Source: an uncultured Nitrososphaerales archaeon
GTDB taxonomy: Archaea; Thermoproteota; Nitrososphaeria; Nitrososphaerales; Nitrososphaeraceae
Assembly (NCBI GenBank): GCA_963713605.1
Contig: CAVQMO010000001.1
Span: 800,001-864,000, forward strand
Reading direction: 5' to 3'
Length of the DNA: 64,000 nucleotides
A model generated the notes under the pieces. It had not been told where the DNA came from. It worked only from the letters and a program-made list of their open reading frames with translations, and made no database searches. Below are positions 53,495 to 63,756 of the stretch, piece by piece (the stretch's first letter is position 1; every line of letters begins with the position of its first letter). The position numbers were made by a program, and so were the translations under genes.

Positions 53495-55145
53495 GAATTT
53501 CTTCCTCTATTTCCAATTCGTTTGCGAATGGAATCAATATATGTTTACGGGTTTTAAGCCAATCATTACGAATCCCAATGTTAGTCGATAGATTAAGAAG
53601 TTTTTTTTCCAAGACTACGTTTGCTGTATGTTTCAATTGTAGTATAGCCCCTTGAATGTCTGTGGTTCCATACACTGCGTTGCCTGTGACAAGAATTCTG
53701 GCCCCTGCTTGATAAACTAGTGGAAGAGTTATCGAGTCTATTCCACCATCTGCCTCAACATAGCCTTTGTATCCATTTCTTCTAAGTTCCTTCACTGCAC
53801 TGATCATTTTTGGAAGAACCGTAGGAATGAATTTCTGTCCTGGAAATCCAGGATTTACAGATAATATATTTACGACATCTATCGAATCTAGATAGTTCCA
53901 AATCCAGTCCGGTAATGTTGAATTCGGATTAATTGCTATTCCGGGACTTATCCCATTTGAAATAAGCTTGCTATTAATTTCCGAAAATTCATCCTGTTTG
54001 CATGCTTCAGCATGGACAGTGATTACATCACATCGAGCTGCTATATATTCATCGATCACTGTTGCTGGGCTTTCTATCATCAGATGAGCATCGAATGGCA
54101 TCGAAGTGATTTTTCTTAATTTGTGTATGGTATCCGCGAGAAAAGTATGGTTAGGAACGAATCTTCCATCCATTACATCCAAGTGGATGATGTCCGCTCC
54201 TCCTCTTTCTGCCATTCTAATTTTCTCTTCATAATTCTCCTTTCCGCCAGCTATTATCGAAGGGGCAATTAAAAACTCACAGTCAAGTTCTTCAAGTAGT
54301 ATGGGTGTCTGCTTCCTAGGTGGAGCCTTACCGTGCCATTGTGGATTATTGGTCATATGTTTGATGCCATAGCCTTTGACAGTATTAGCTATTATGATCG
54401 TAGGCTTGTCCTTCACTTCCAACGACTTGTTAACTGCATCTATAAGTTGCTCTACTCTATGTCCATCTATTTCAATGACGTTCCAGTTGAAGGCAACCCA
54501 CTTGTCACGGACAGGATCAAGTGGCATTATGTCTTCAGTAAATCCATCTTGCTGAATTCTGTTGCGATCGAGTATTGCAGTCAAATTATCCAGTCTATAT
54601 TTGGACGCTGACATTGCCGCTTCCCACACCTGACCTTCATTTGACTCTCCATCTCCAATTAGAGTAAATATGTGATTAGCATTTCCATCTAAACGATTAG
54701 CCAGCGCAAGTCCCACAGACACTGATAGTCCTATCCCTTCCGATCCTCCAGAATACTCGATCCCAGGTACACTCCACCTCTGTTGCTCTTCAGAATAACG
54801 TACTGGATGACCTTGCAGACGGGATCCAAACCCCCGGAGTGACTTGATCTCTTCGATTGGGAAATAGCCGGAAACAGCCAGTGTGGCATAAAATCCAGGA
54901 GCAGAATGTCCTTTAGAATTTATGAAATAGTCTCTCCCTTTCCAGAAGGGATCAAATTGATTATGTACTAATTTCCTGAAGTAAAGTGCACCCATTATTT
55001 CGGCGGCCGAGAAGGAAGCCCCAGGATGACCCGAACCCGCTTCGGCAATTCCTTCAATAGCGAGCATTCTGACGGCTCGGATCTTTGTCTTGAGGTCTAA
55101 ATACCGCATTCTCAAAGTCATATTAAACCCCATACCCCCGAGCAA
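53481..55145 (-). CDS. Transketolase N-terminal (TPP-binding) domain fused to ribulose-phosphate 3-epimerase
   Basis: SGHPG, SKGH, LQGHP, GDGESNEG.VWEA followed in frame by IAPSI, HLDVMDGRFVPN, DAHLMI, SVNPGF.GQKF, DGGI. Confidence 0.92.
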   Translation of the reverse strand: MLGGMGFNMTLRMRYLDLKTKIRAVRMLAIEGIAEAGSGHPGASFSAAEIMGALYFRKLVHNQFDPFWKGRDYFINSKGHSAPGFYATLAVSGYFPIEEIKSLRGFGSRLQGHPVRYSEEQQRWSVPGIEYSGGSEGIGLSVSVGLALANRLDGNANHIFTLIGDGESNEGQVWEAAMSASKYRLDNLTAILDRNRIQQDGFTEDIMPLDPVRDKWVAFNWNVIEIDGHRVEQLIDAVNKSLEVKDKPTIIIANTVKGYGIKHMTNNPQWHGKAPPRKQTPILLEELDCEFLIAPSIIAGGKENYEEKIRMAERGGADIIHLDVMDGRFVPNHTFLADTIHKLRKITSMPFDAHLMIESPATVIDEYIAARCDVITVHAEACKQDEFSEINSKLISNGISPGIAINPNSTLPDWIWNYLDSIDVVNILSVNPGFPGQKFIPTVLPKMISAVKELRRNGYKGYVEADGGIDSITLPLVYQAGARILVTGNAVYGTTDIQGAILQLKHTANVVLEKKLLNLSTNIGIRNDWLKTRKHILIPFANELEIEEEIHALK

Positions 55146-55550
55146 CGATCCAATTCTTGTTCAATTAGATTGCGAAGTGATCGAAAATAAAAACATTAGG
55201 TTTATCCTGACCATCCCTATGAATGGGAAGCTTCATTACAATATGCCAGCTATTTTGAATAATTATGCTCCCGGTACAATTTTCACTCCCTGTTGTTTCC
55301 CCATAATTCTTTCGCAATAGTTGTTTTGGATAAGTGTCTCACTAGCTTTATGTCAGAATGGTAAAGGCATCTTGAAGTTAGAAGCTATTCAAAATGATTT
55401 GCCTTGTCAGTCATCGTTCAAGGAACCGTTCAGTGTAGTTCCATCAATATGGAGAAAAAACCATAGAACTTGGCACCTCTTAAATTGTGAAAAAAACTGG
55501 GACCAAATGTATGATATACCTTAAAATAAAGCCCTAATAATGAGCAGTTC

Positions 55551-57074
55551 ATGGTCAAACTTGTTGCCGAGCAGATTTCTGCTGCAGCTAAACAAACGCC
55601 GCTATTGGTTTTAGGTGTATTCGAGGATGAGGTTGAAGGTATAATGGATGAATTGGATGGGATTAACACAATGATTGTAGAACTGGTAGAACGAGTAGTA
55701 AAGGAAAAAGAGCATACCGGATCGTTTGGAACTAGCTGCATTGTCCATAGTTCCACGGGTCCTATGCATAGAATCATGCTGTTGGGCTTGGGACAGAAGA
55801 AAAGTCTTGACAAGGAAAAAGTTAGAGTTCTTGCAGGAAAGGTCGCTGCTAAAGCAATGGAGATTAATGTTAGTGAATATAGCATCAAACCCTTTACTCA
55901 ATTAACCAAAGACTTCACGGAAGCCATTTGTGAGGGGACATGCTTATCGCTTTACAAGTTCGATCAATATCAATCACAAAAATTTGGTGAATCATCGGCT
56001 AGTCCCTCATTACCGTCGACAATCAGCTTACTTGTAGATGGTGACCGAGAAGAATGGCAGAGGGTGTTGGATACTACAAAAATAATAATCGACGCCGTTA
56101 ATTTCGGAAGAGACTTAGCAAATCTACCTCCGAATGTGTGTTCGCCAGAGTATCTGGCTCGTGTAGCGTTAGATCTTTCTTCAAAACATCATCGAATCTC
56201 AACTCGTATATTGGAACGTTACGAGATGGAATCTCTCGGTTTGAATGGAATTGTCGCAGTGGGCATGGGAAGTAACAAGCCTCCCAAGCTTGTTATTGTA
56301 GAATATAAGGGAAACGAAGATAGTAGCACAACTGTACCATATCTCTTTGTCGGAAAGGCGGTTACCTTCGATACAGGCGGAATATCCATCAAGCCGTCGG
56401 ATCGAATGGAAGAAATGAAATTTGACAAATCAGGTGGATGTGATGTCCTAGCAATAATGAGCGGTCTGGCAACCCTTGAGGCGAAGGCAAACGTGATAGG
56501 GATTATTCCATGCGTAGAGAACATGCCATCAAGTTCAGCATATAGGCCAGGAGATATAGTGAGGATGTACAATGGGAAAACCGTAGAGGTTATTAATACT
56601 GATGCTGAAGGGAGACTTATTCTAGCGGATAGTATCGCATACGGAATAGAAAAATACAATCCCGATTCCATCATTGATTTGGCTACTTTGACTGGAGCGT
56701 GTATTGTAGCGCTTGGTTCTAATATTGCGGGGGCACTCAGCAATAGCCATGAATTGTTCGATAAGCTGAGGCAGATTAGTGAAGAAACCAACGAAAAATT
56801 TTGGGAACTACCGCTCTATCATGAATTTAATGAGCAAATCAAGAGTAAATTTGCCGATATAAAAAACATTGGCGGCCGTGCGGGAGGGACTATTACAGCG
56901 GCAATTTTCCTTTCTAACTTTGTACACGATACTCCTTGGATACACCTTGATATAGCAGGAACGGCATGGACTCAGGAGGGAACTTGGGATAAAAGTTACA
57001 ATCCCAAAGGAGCAACGGGCTTTGGCATTCGCTCACTGATTAGGTTGGTCCTAAACGAGTCAGGTTCAAGGTGA
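55551..57074 (+). CDS. pepA: Leucyl aminopeptidase (M17)
   Basis: VGKAVTFDTGG, MKFDKSG, NTDAEGRLILAD, DLATLTGA, HLDIAG. Confidence 0.95.
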   Translation: MVKLVAEQISAAAKQTPLLVLGVFEDEVEGIMDELDGINTMIVELVERVVKEKEHTGSFGTSCIVHSSTGPMHRIMLLGLGQKKSLDKEKVRVLAGKVAAKAMEINVSEYSIKPFTQLTKDFTEAICEGTCLSLYKFDQYQSQKFGESSASPSLPSTISLLVDGDREEWQRVLDTTKIIIDAVNFGRDLANLPPNVCSPEYLARVALDLSSKHHRISTRILERYEMESLGLNGIVAVGMGSNKPPKLVIVEYKGNEDSSTTVPYLFVGKAVTFDTGGISIKPSDRMEEMKFDKSGGCDVLAIMSGLATLEAKANVIGIIPCVENMPSSSAYRPGDIVRMYNGKTVEVINTDAEGRLILADSIAYGIEKYNPDSIIDLATLTGACIVALGSNIAGALSNSHELFDKLRQISEETNEKFWELPLYHEFNEQIKSKFADIKNIGGRAGGTITAAIFLSNFVHDTPWIHLDIAGTAWTQEGTWDKSYNPKGATGFGIRSLIRLVLNESGSR

Positions 57075-57840
57075 AGGGTAATTATCCTATCAATTAGTTA
57101 CTCTTCACAAGAACCGACATGAAGATAGATCGAGCTTAACCAGAAATAGGATCGACCGCAATAACTCCCTTCAGGATATATGGCTGTCCAGAAGTCATAA
57201 TCTCTGTCAATGGTGATCGTGCATACCAATTTTCCAGATAGATTCGCTAATTGATGGGTTGACGAATACCGGAGTAAAATGTAGAAGAGGGATATTGGGC
57301 TCCGACGTAGAGAAGATATTACAACCCTATTACGAACGTTGGCTCTGCAACCGAGACGGATTTGTTAAGTCTTGACTGCTCCTCCATAGATTACATAGGG
57401 ATAGAGGATGTAATGAGAATGGGGCCTTTCTTCGACATTTTTTGTCTGCTAAAAAACACGAGCATTATTGATTCAGATCGAAATGCTCACGAGCTTGTTT
57501 CGTGCTATCCTCAGTTCCTTTTTAGAAGTGGAAAGATAGTATCTCTGGGTTGGACAGGAGGATTGTTGGCTCACTATCTGGCAAAAGATAATGCTATATC
57601 CGAGTCAATTGCTAGCATACCTCCTGGAGAAGAATTTGCAAAATTATTCGTTAGAGCCTGCTGATTTCTGCTGCATAATTCAGACTCAGGTCTGGGAACC
57701 ATTAGGTTTTGTAGCAGTTTATCCATTGATAAGTCAGATAGGAAAAAATATTAAGAATCTCTTAAAACTTGTTCACCTTGGCGAGACGACCGAAGTCTAG
57801 TTGGTAAATAGGACCGGTCCCAAACATGACAACTAAGTGA

Positions 57841-57958
57841 AACGCCAGCACTGCTGCTTCCCAACCGCTCTCGCAGGTCAGTATTCAGGCAGCAACGAAT
57901 GGTTTGACTTCCGGGTTCGGAATGGGTCCGGGTCGCTCCCTTTCGCTATGGCCGGCTA
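57841..57958 (-). rRNA. rrf: 5S rRNA (stand-alone)
   Basis: Reverse complement GCCGGCCATAGCG...ACCCGGACCCATTCCGAACCCGGAAGTCAAA...GTGCTGGC; about 118 nt with paired ends. Confidence 0.93.
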
Positions 57959-58191
57959 AGGATTAGCCAGGGGGAAGGGTAAATTTAACGTTCCTATTGC
58001 CTTGTGTTCCACTCTTGTTTTTGACTATAGGGTGGTTTGTAAAGGTAATTTACTTGTGTGTTGATTCTCACAATGCAATTGTCATAAATTTCTTGTGAGC
58101 GGAGGAAACGTCACGGGTCTTTTGAAGCGTCATTTTTTCTCGGTCACAAGGCATATAATACATTAAGTAGAAGCAAAAGGGCAATAAAAAG

Positions 58192-59999
58192 TTGGGCGAT
58201 CAAACACAGAATACTCACAGAGTTGCAGTCTTGGATCAAGAACTATGTCAACCTAGAAAATGTGGCTTGGAATGCATAGTATACTGTCCTGTAAACAAGA
58301 CTGGCGGTGAGTGCATAATTCAGAGGCCATCAGATGGTAAGGCGCTTATATCCGAAGACCTTTGTACGGGTTGCGGTATATGCATAAAAAAGTGCCCTTT
58401 TGACGCCATAGTGATTGTTAATTTAGCAAGCGAGTTGGGTCAGGAAAAAATACATCAGTATGGAGTAAATTCTTTTAGATTCTATAGGATCCCTACGTTG
58501 AAGAAGGGCTCAGTAGTGGGTTTGTTAGGTCGAAATGGGATGGGAAAGTCTACAATTGTAAATATATTGTCAGGCAATCTTAAACCCAATTTTGGCAAAT
58601 ACGAGTCAGAACCTACGTGGAGGGAAGTAATCGAAAACTTTCAGGGGACAGAAATGAAGGCTCATTTTGAAAAGCTTGCATCGGGTGAAATTAAGTCTTC
58701 CATCAAACCTCAGTTGGTGTACTTAATACCAAAGGCATTCAAAGGAAAAGTTCGTGACCTCATCGAAAAGTATGATGAGCGTAAGGTCGCTGAGAGACTA
58801 ATTCCAAGGCTTGGCTTGGAGAGCGCAGTAAGCAGAAATGTCGACGAACTGAGTGGTGGAGAGTTACAGCGACTCGCTGTGATGATTGCGGTTTCCAAAG
58901 ACGCAGATTATTACTTTTTTGATGAGCCTTCTTCATATAATGATGTTTATCAAAGATTGAGCGTTTCCAGAGTTATACAAGAGTTGGCAGGAGAAGGTAA
59001 AAGTGTAATGGTGGTCGAGCACGATCTAACTCTCCTCGATTATTTGTCAGATAACGTTCATGTCCTTTATGGGGAGCCTGGGGCATATGGAATAACTTCG
59101 TCCCTTAGAAGCACAAAAATAGGCATAAATAACTTTCTTGATGGGTATCTCCCCAATGAAAACGTTAGATTCAGGGAAAAATCTTACAAATTTGACAAGA
59201 CCAGCTCCGTCCAGGATTTGCTTATGGACGTGGCCGCAACTAGCTGATTCTAACCTGACCAAGTCTGTACTATTCATCATTCACGTTGACTGTTGCAAGT
59301 GGATCGTTGAGGAAAGGTGAGATAATCGGTCTGGTGGGAGCGAACGCATTGGGAAAAACAACGTTTATGAAAATGATTTCAGGCATGGAGAAGCCTGATT
59401 CGGGATCCATAAATACCGATGTAAAGATCTCTTACAAACCACAATATTTGACTCAGGAATATGAGGGAGACGTAAGATCTGTCCTTACTGCGTCGTACGG
59501 TAACGAGATTGTGGGATCACCTTTGGAAGAACAGATAGTTTTGCCTCTTGGTATTAAGAAACTATACGAAAAAAGTATCCGACACCTCAGTGGAGGAGAA
59601 CTTCAAAAGATTGCAGTCGCAGCTTCACTGATGAGACCGGCAGATGTTTATGCCCTTGATGAGCCGTCTGCATTTTTAGATGTTGAAGACAGAATTGCTT
59701 TGGCTAAATTTTTGCAGAGGTTCGTTAGAGCATATGGGAAGTCAGCAATGGTAATTGACCATGACGTCCAACTTATCGACCTAGTTTCAGACAGTCTGGT
59801 TATATTTCAGGGGGTACCTGGCATAAGTGGATATGCAACTGAGCCTCTCGCTAAGGAATTAGGTATGAACAAATTTTTAGAGTCACTTAGCATCACATAC
59901 AGACGTGATCAGGAAACAGGACGTCCACGAGTAAATAAGGAAGGTAGCAGGCTGGATCGCAACCAAAAAGATAGTGGTAATTACTATTATATTGAATAA
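58192..59999 (+). CDS. abce1: Ribosome recycling ATPase ABCE1/RLI (apparent frameshift(s) ~59240-59280)
   Basis: N-terminal Fe-S Cys motifs, GRNGMGKST, LSGGELQ twice, GANALGKTT, TYRRD..TGRPRVNK. Confidence 0.95.
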
Positions 60000-60033
60000 T
60001 CTCCATTAGTGTTACTAATGATGGAAACCTTTC

Positions 60034-60900
60034 ATGTCTACCTTTCTGAAACGAGTAATGAGGAACATACTTGAAGAATCTGAGGTTTCTAAGCTCACTT
60101 CTTCTTTCGATACTATAGGCAGGATTGTTATCTTGAGAATCCCTGAGACACTGGTTGATAAAAGGCACATGGTAGGGAACGCAATTTTGGACAATATCAA
60201 ATCAGTGAGATCGGTCTATATGCAAACTTCTCCTATAGCCGGTGAGCACAGAACGAGGAAACTGGAATTAATTGCAGGAGATGATAACCCGGTCACTCTC
60301 TACAAGGAATATGGTTGTCGATTTAAGGTTGATGTAGAACAAACCTACTTTTCACCTAGGCTTTCTACTGAGAGATTTAGGATTGCAAACCTTACTTCTG
60401 AAAATGAGGTCGTCACAAACATGTTCGCCGGTGTAGGAACATTTTCAATAATCATTTGCAAGTATCGAAATGTAAGAAAGGTTTACAATGTGGATATTAA
60501 CCAAGCTGCTCACGAACTCTCAGTATTCAATTCTAGGTTGAACAAAATGGAAGAAAAAATCGAGAGCCTATGCGGGGATGCAAAGGAGATAGTAACCACT
60601 CCCATTAATGGAAAGTCCAATAGGGTGTTGATGCCCCTTCCCGAAAAGGCAAGATATTTTGTCGATACAGCAGTAAAATGTTTGAAAGAAGAACAAGGCA
60701 TTATTCATTATTTTCTACATGTAAGAGCAGATTCTAAGAAATCGGCCTTGGAAATTGGAAGGGCCGAGACTGAAGACGCCTTCAGCCAATACCCGCACGA
60801 CATAAAGTTCTTGCATGTGGTAAGGGAGGTAGGGCCATGCTTTTACCAATTGGTTTCGGATGTCTTGATCAAAAAGGAAATGAATACTACTACTAAATAG
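60034..60900 (+). CDS. Trm5/TYW2-family tRNA methyltransferase
   Basis: FDTIG, YKEYGCRFKVD, YFSPRLSTER, NMFAGVGTF, DIN, RVLMPLP. Confidence 0.88.
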   Translation: MSTFLKRVMRNILEESEVSKLTSSFDTIGRIVILRIPETLVDKRHMVGNAILDNIKSVRSVYMQTSPIAGEHRTRKLELIAGDDNPVTLYKEYGCRFKVDVEQTYFSPRLSTERFRIANLTSENEVVTNMFAGVGTFSIIICKYRNVRKVYNVDINQAAHELSVFNSRLNKMEEKIESLCGDAKEIVTTPINGKSNRVLMPLPEKARYFVDTAVKCLKEEQGIIHYFLHVRADSKKSALEIGRAETEDAFSQYPHDIKFLHVVREVGPCFYQLVSDVLIKKEMNTTTK

Positions 60901-60913
60901 TACTAAATATCTA

Positions 60914-61147
60914 TTACTTGTCTGCTTTTCCTTCTCCGGTACCTTCCAGTGAAACTGCGGTTGCCATTGTGTATCCCATCCAAGCTATGACGCCCACTAT
61001 CGCTGCAACGAAGCACAGGAGTGTGAGCTTGAGCACCAAAATATCATAACTTGACAAAAGCAATAGGTATGCATAGCAAACAAATCCTATCAAAGAGATT
61101 AGCAAGATAATTACTCCTAATCGATGTGAACTCGACAACTTTTTCAT
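60914..61147 (-). CDS. Small two-TM membrane protein
   Basis: Two hydrophobic helices ending in AWMGYTMAT. Confidence 0.72.
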   Translation of the reverse strand: MKKLSSSHRLGVIILLISLIGFVCYAYLLLLSSYDILVLKLTLLCFVAAIVGVIAWMGYTMATAVSLEGTGEGKADK

Positions 61148-61192
61148 CGCTAGACGTCGCTCACTCAGGGCTTAATTTACTTTTCATCAGAT

Positions 61193-61690
61193 TCAGTCCA
61201 ATTCTAATGCCATGAGGAAGGCATCTTCTCCGTCACGATAGTATGATCTTAGCCTTGATTTTTTGAAAAAATCTAGTCTCTCATACATGATTATAGCACT
61301 CTCATTGCTAACTCGCACTTCAAGGTATATTTCGTCGCCTCTGCGGCTTATCACCCCGTTGATTCCTTCAAGCATCAATGCCTTTCCCACGCCCTTTCCT
61401 CTATGCTCTTCAAGTACTCCAACTGATACAACGTGTCCTTTCTTTACAAATCCAAGCTTCTTAAAGTTTGAAAAACCAAACTCGATTTTGCACATGATAT
61501 ATCCAACTACACGTCTATTCAGTTCTGCAACAACAAATGATTCGGGCAATTCCTTCAAGATAGATTCAAAGAAATAATCCGAATAATGTTCTGGCAAGGT
61601 TGATAAGTTTACACCAATCACCTCACTAAGGTCCTCGCTTTGACAGCGGCGAATGATGTAGTCTCCTACCTGTCGCAGAGCTGATTGCAA
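61193..61690 (-). CDS. rimI: Ard1/RimI-type N-terminal acetyltransferase (GNAT)
   Basis: LPEHY, VGYIM, GHVVSVGV..EHRGKGVG, YLEVRVSN, YYRDGEDA. Confidence 0.92.
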   Translation of the reverse strand: MQSALRQVGDYIIRRCQSEDLSEVIGVNLSTLPEHYSDYFFESILKELPESFVVAELNRRVVGYIMCKIEFGFSNFKKLGFVKKGHVVSVGVLEEHRGKGVGKALMLEGINGVISRRGDEIYLEVRVSNESAIIMYERLDFFKKSRLRSYYRDGEDAFLMALELD

Positions 61691-61896
61691 TTCGTTAATC
61701 TGATCACTGCACAAATTATTTAACCTTATCAAAAAGGAAAATCCATAGATGAATTTACACAGGCCAATTCTCGAAATTAGCAGATGGTAAACCTCATCGC
61801 TCTTATGCCCAAATTAACGCTTTAAGGGAACAACAATTTGCAGGAAAAGAAATAAAATTTATCACGCGTTAGTGAACGCAATTCTATCTTCGTTCT

Positions 61897-62592
61897 TTAT
61901 GTGGACTTGACGATCGAACCCTCTCTTTCAAGGTGCATAATGTTACTCATGATAATCGATACGATCAAGCCGAAGAGAAAGCCGCCAATTGCGTCTGTAA
62001 CATAGTGTTGAATTAATAAAATTCTAGTTAAAGCAATAATAAAAGGGAAGATCCAAATCAACCAGCCGATTGTCCTGGATTTCTTGTTTAGAACATAACC
62101 AACTATAAATGCGAATGCAGTTGAAATCGCAACATGATTGGATGGATAGGAATAATCTCTGGACAGAGGAGAAAGGGTATCCCCTTCTATCACAAATCCC
62201 TTGGAGTTATTTGATAACATGAATGGAGACGGATAATCAGGATTGTCCCTAGCCACAATTGGCTTGATATAGGTCAATAGTATAACGGTCAAGAGAATTG
62301 TGATTAGGAGAATGAGTCCCTGTCTTCTGGTCCTTCTTATAATGCTAAGCACAATAGAGACTATGACTAGGGTCACTACGTCTCCAAGGGACGTAACACC
62401 TACTGTCAACTTGGAAATCAAATCTGAACCTGGCGGAATACTGGATACGTAAAGACTGATTACCAGATCCATATCCACGGTCAGCTGTGTCGCCACAAAT
62501 GTAGTCAGAATAACGAAAAGTAGTATTATGATAACGAATTGAGGGGATTTAAGTTTAGGCACCCAAGTGGGCCACAGGTGTGCTAAATGCAA
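61897..62592 (-). CDS. PAP2-family membrane phosphatase
   Basis: K..VAR..P, SYPSNH, TR....HY.TD motifs with several TM segments; start uncertain. Confidence 0.85.
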   Translation of the reverse strand: MHLAHLWPTWVPKLKSPQFVIIILLFVILTTFVATQLTVDMDLVISLYVSSIPPGSDLISKLTVGVTSLGDVVTLVIVSIVLSIIRRTRRQGLILLITILLTVILLTYIKPIVARDNPDYPSPFMLSNNSKGFVIEGDTLSPLSRDYSYPSNHVAISTAFAFIVGYVLNKKSRTIGWLIWIFPFIIALTRILLIQHYVTDAIGGFLFGLIVSIIMSNIMHLEREGSIVKST

Positions 62593-62833
62593 AATGTGAC
62601 ATTAATGATGATGTAAGACCAATCTATTTTTTTCTTTCAGAGTATCGAAGAAGGGGATTGGCCAAACAATTGGGGATAGCTGGGAATGCTGGCTCGATTA
62701 ATCTCCTGGGTGTCGGTGGTAATCAAATCAGCTCACTCTCGCTAATGTTAGCATGCAGATAGAGAATCAGCCACCTTTCTAAACTCGTGTAGCTATTTCG
62801 AATTATAACTTTAATTTGCTCTCGAAGGTTGAT

Positions 62834-63045
62834 ATGACTAAGGTATATGATGTAATCATTAGCTCGGGGAGTACAAAAGCTTAAGACCCAAAGCACTCAC
62901 AGCGGTTAATACTATTAAAGATGTATTGCCTACTCCTCCTATACAAGTACAACCAGCTTTTGAATTGACTCCAGAGATGGCTAAGTATGCGGTTATTGCT
63001 GTTGTGTTTTTGACGATATTAAGTACTTCTTACTTAATTAGTTAA
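62834..63045 (+). CDS. Putative ~70-aa protein with a C-terminal membrane anchor (needs one extra base in the G4 run at ~62866)
   Basis: GAAGGTTGAT SD-like motif before the ATG; MTKVYDVIISS / GEYKSLRPKALTAVNTIKDVLPTPPIQVQPAFELTPEMAKYAVIAVVFLTILSTSYLIS*. Confidence 0.4.
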
Positions 63046-63468
63046 AACGGGTACATCTTGGTCCAGAAGGGTAAACGGGGTTTTTCCTGCCTCTGATCGT
63101 GTTCCCAAAATCTGTTAGCGTTTACGAGCTGCCAGAGTCTTTATCAGTCCTAGACCAGGTTTTGAGAAAAATCCTTAAAATCCTACCCATAGGCACAGAA
63201 CCGTTTTCTATGGGTATATACATGATGTGATAAGCATATGATGCGATAGGTATATGCATGATGCGATTAATATAAGAGTTGGGGTTTGCTGTATAGAGCC
63301 AGCCGTCTGCTGGCAAAACCCCAAGATCATTTTGAACATCTTTTGACGTGTCAAGATGTCTTAAGGTACCCTAGCTGAGGGGTGTACCCAATTCTCTTAG
63401 TATCCTCTAGTATTTCGTAGTGTTATCATTCCTAGTATGTTGAGATAAGAAAAATGTTGTATAACAAT

Positions 63469-63714
63469 ATGTCAGGTTCAAATACAACTGTCAAATCTAA
63501 AACAATTGCGTTCAGAGTGACAGAAACGGATTTTCAAACACTCTCAGAATTAGTGAACAGACTCAGGCAAATGGGTCAGATAAACCACAATAACCCTCAT
63601 GTCCTTGCCAAGGAGTATACCTTTGCTTTTGCCAATATCATTCGTGATTATTATTCGTTATCGATTCAAGTTTCTAAATGCTTTTCATTTTCTACGCCTT
63701 ATCTGCATAAATAA
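63469..63714 (+). CDS. Small ribbon-helix-helix (CopG-like) DNA-binding protein
   Basis: KSKTIAFRVTETDFQTLSELV: a beta strand followed by a helix. Confidence 0.55.
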   Translation: MSGSNTTVKSKTIAFRVTETDFQTLSELVNRLRQMGQINHNNPHVLAKEYTFAFANIIRDYYSLSIQVSKCFSFSTPYLHK

Positions 63715-63756
63715 ATTCAGGGAAAAATCGAAATGCGTGTCCTCATATTGGGCCAT

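Noticed and set aside
2294..61577. Numerous antisense or nested ORFs in the track (e.g. 2294, 9265, 30390, 31765, 32164, 55430, 56219, 61263)
   Set aside because: Shadows of well-supported genes on the opposite strand or in another frame
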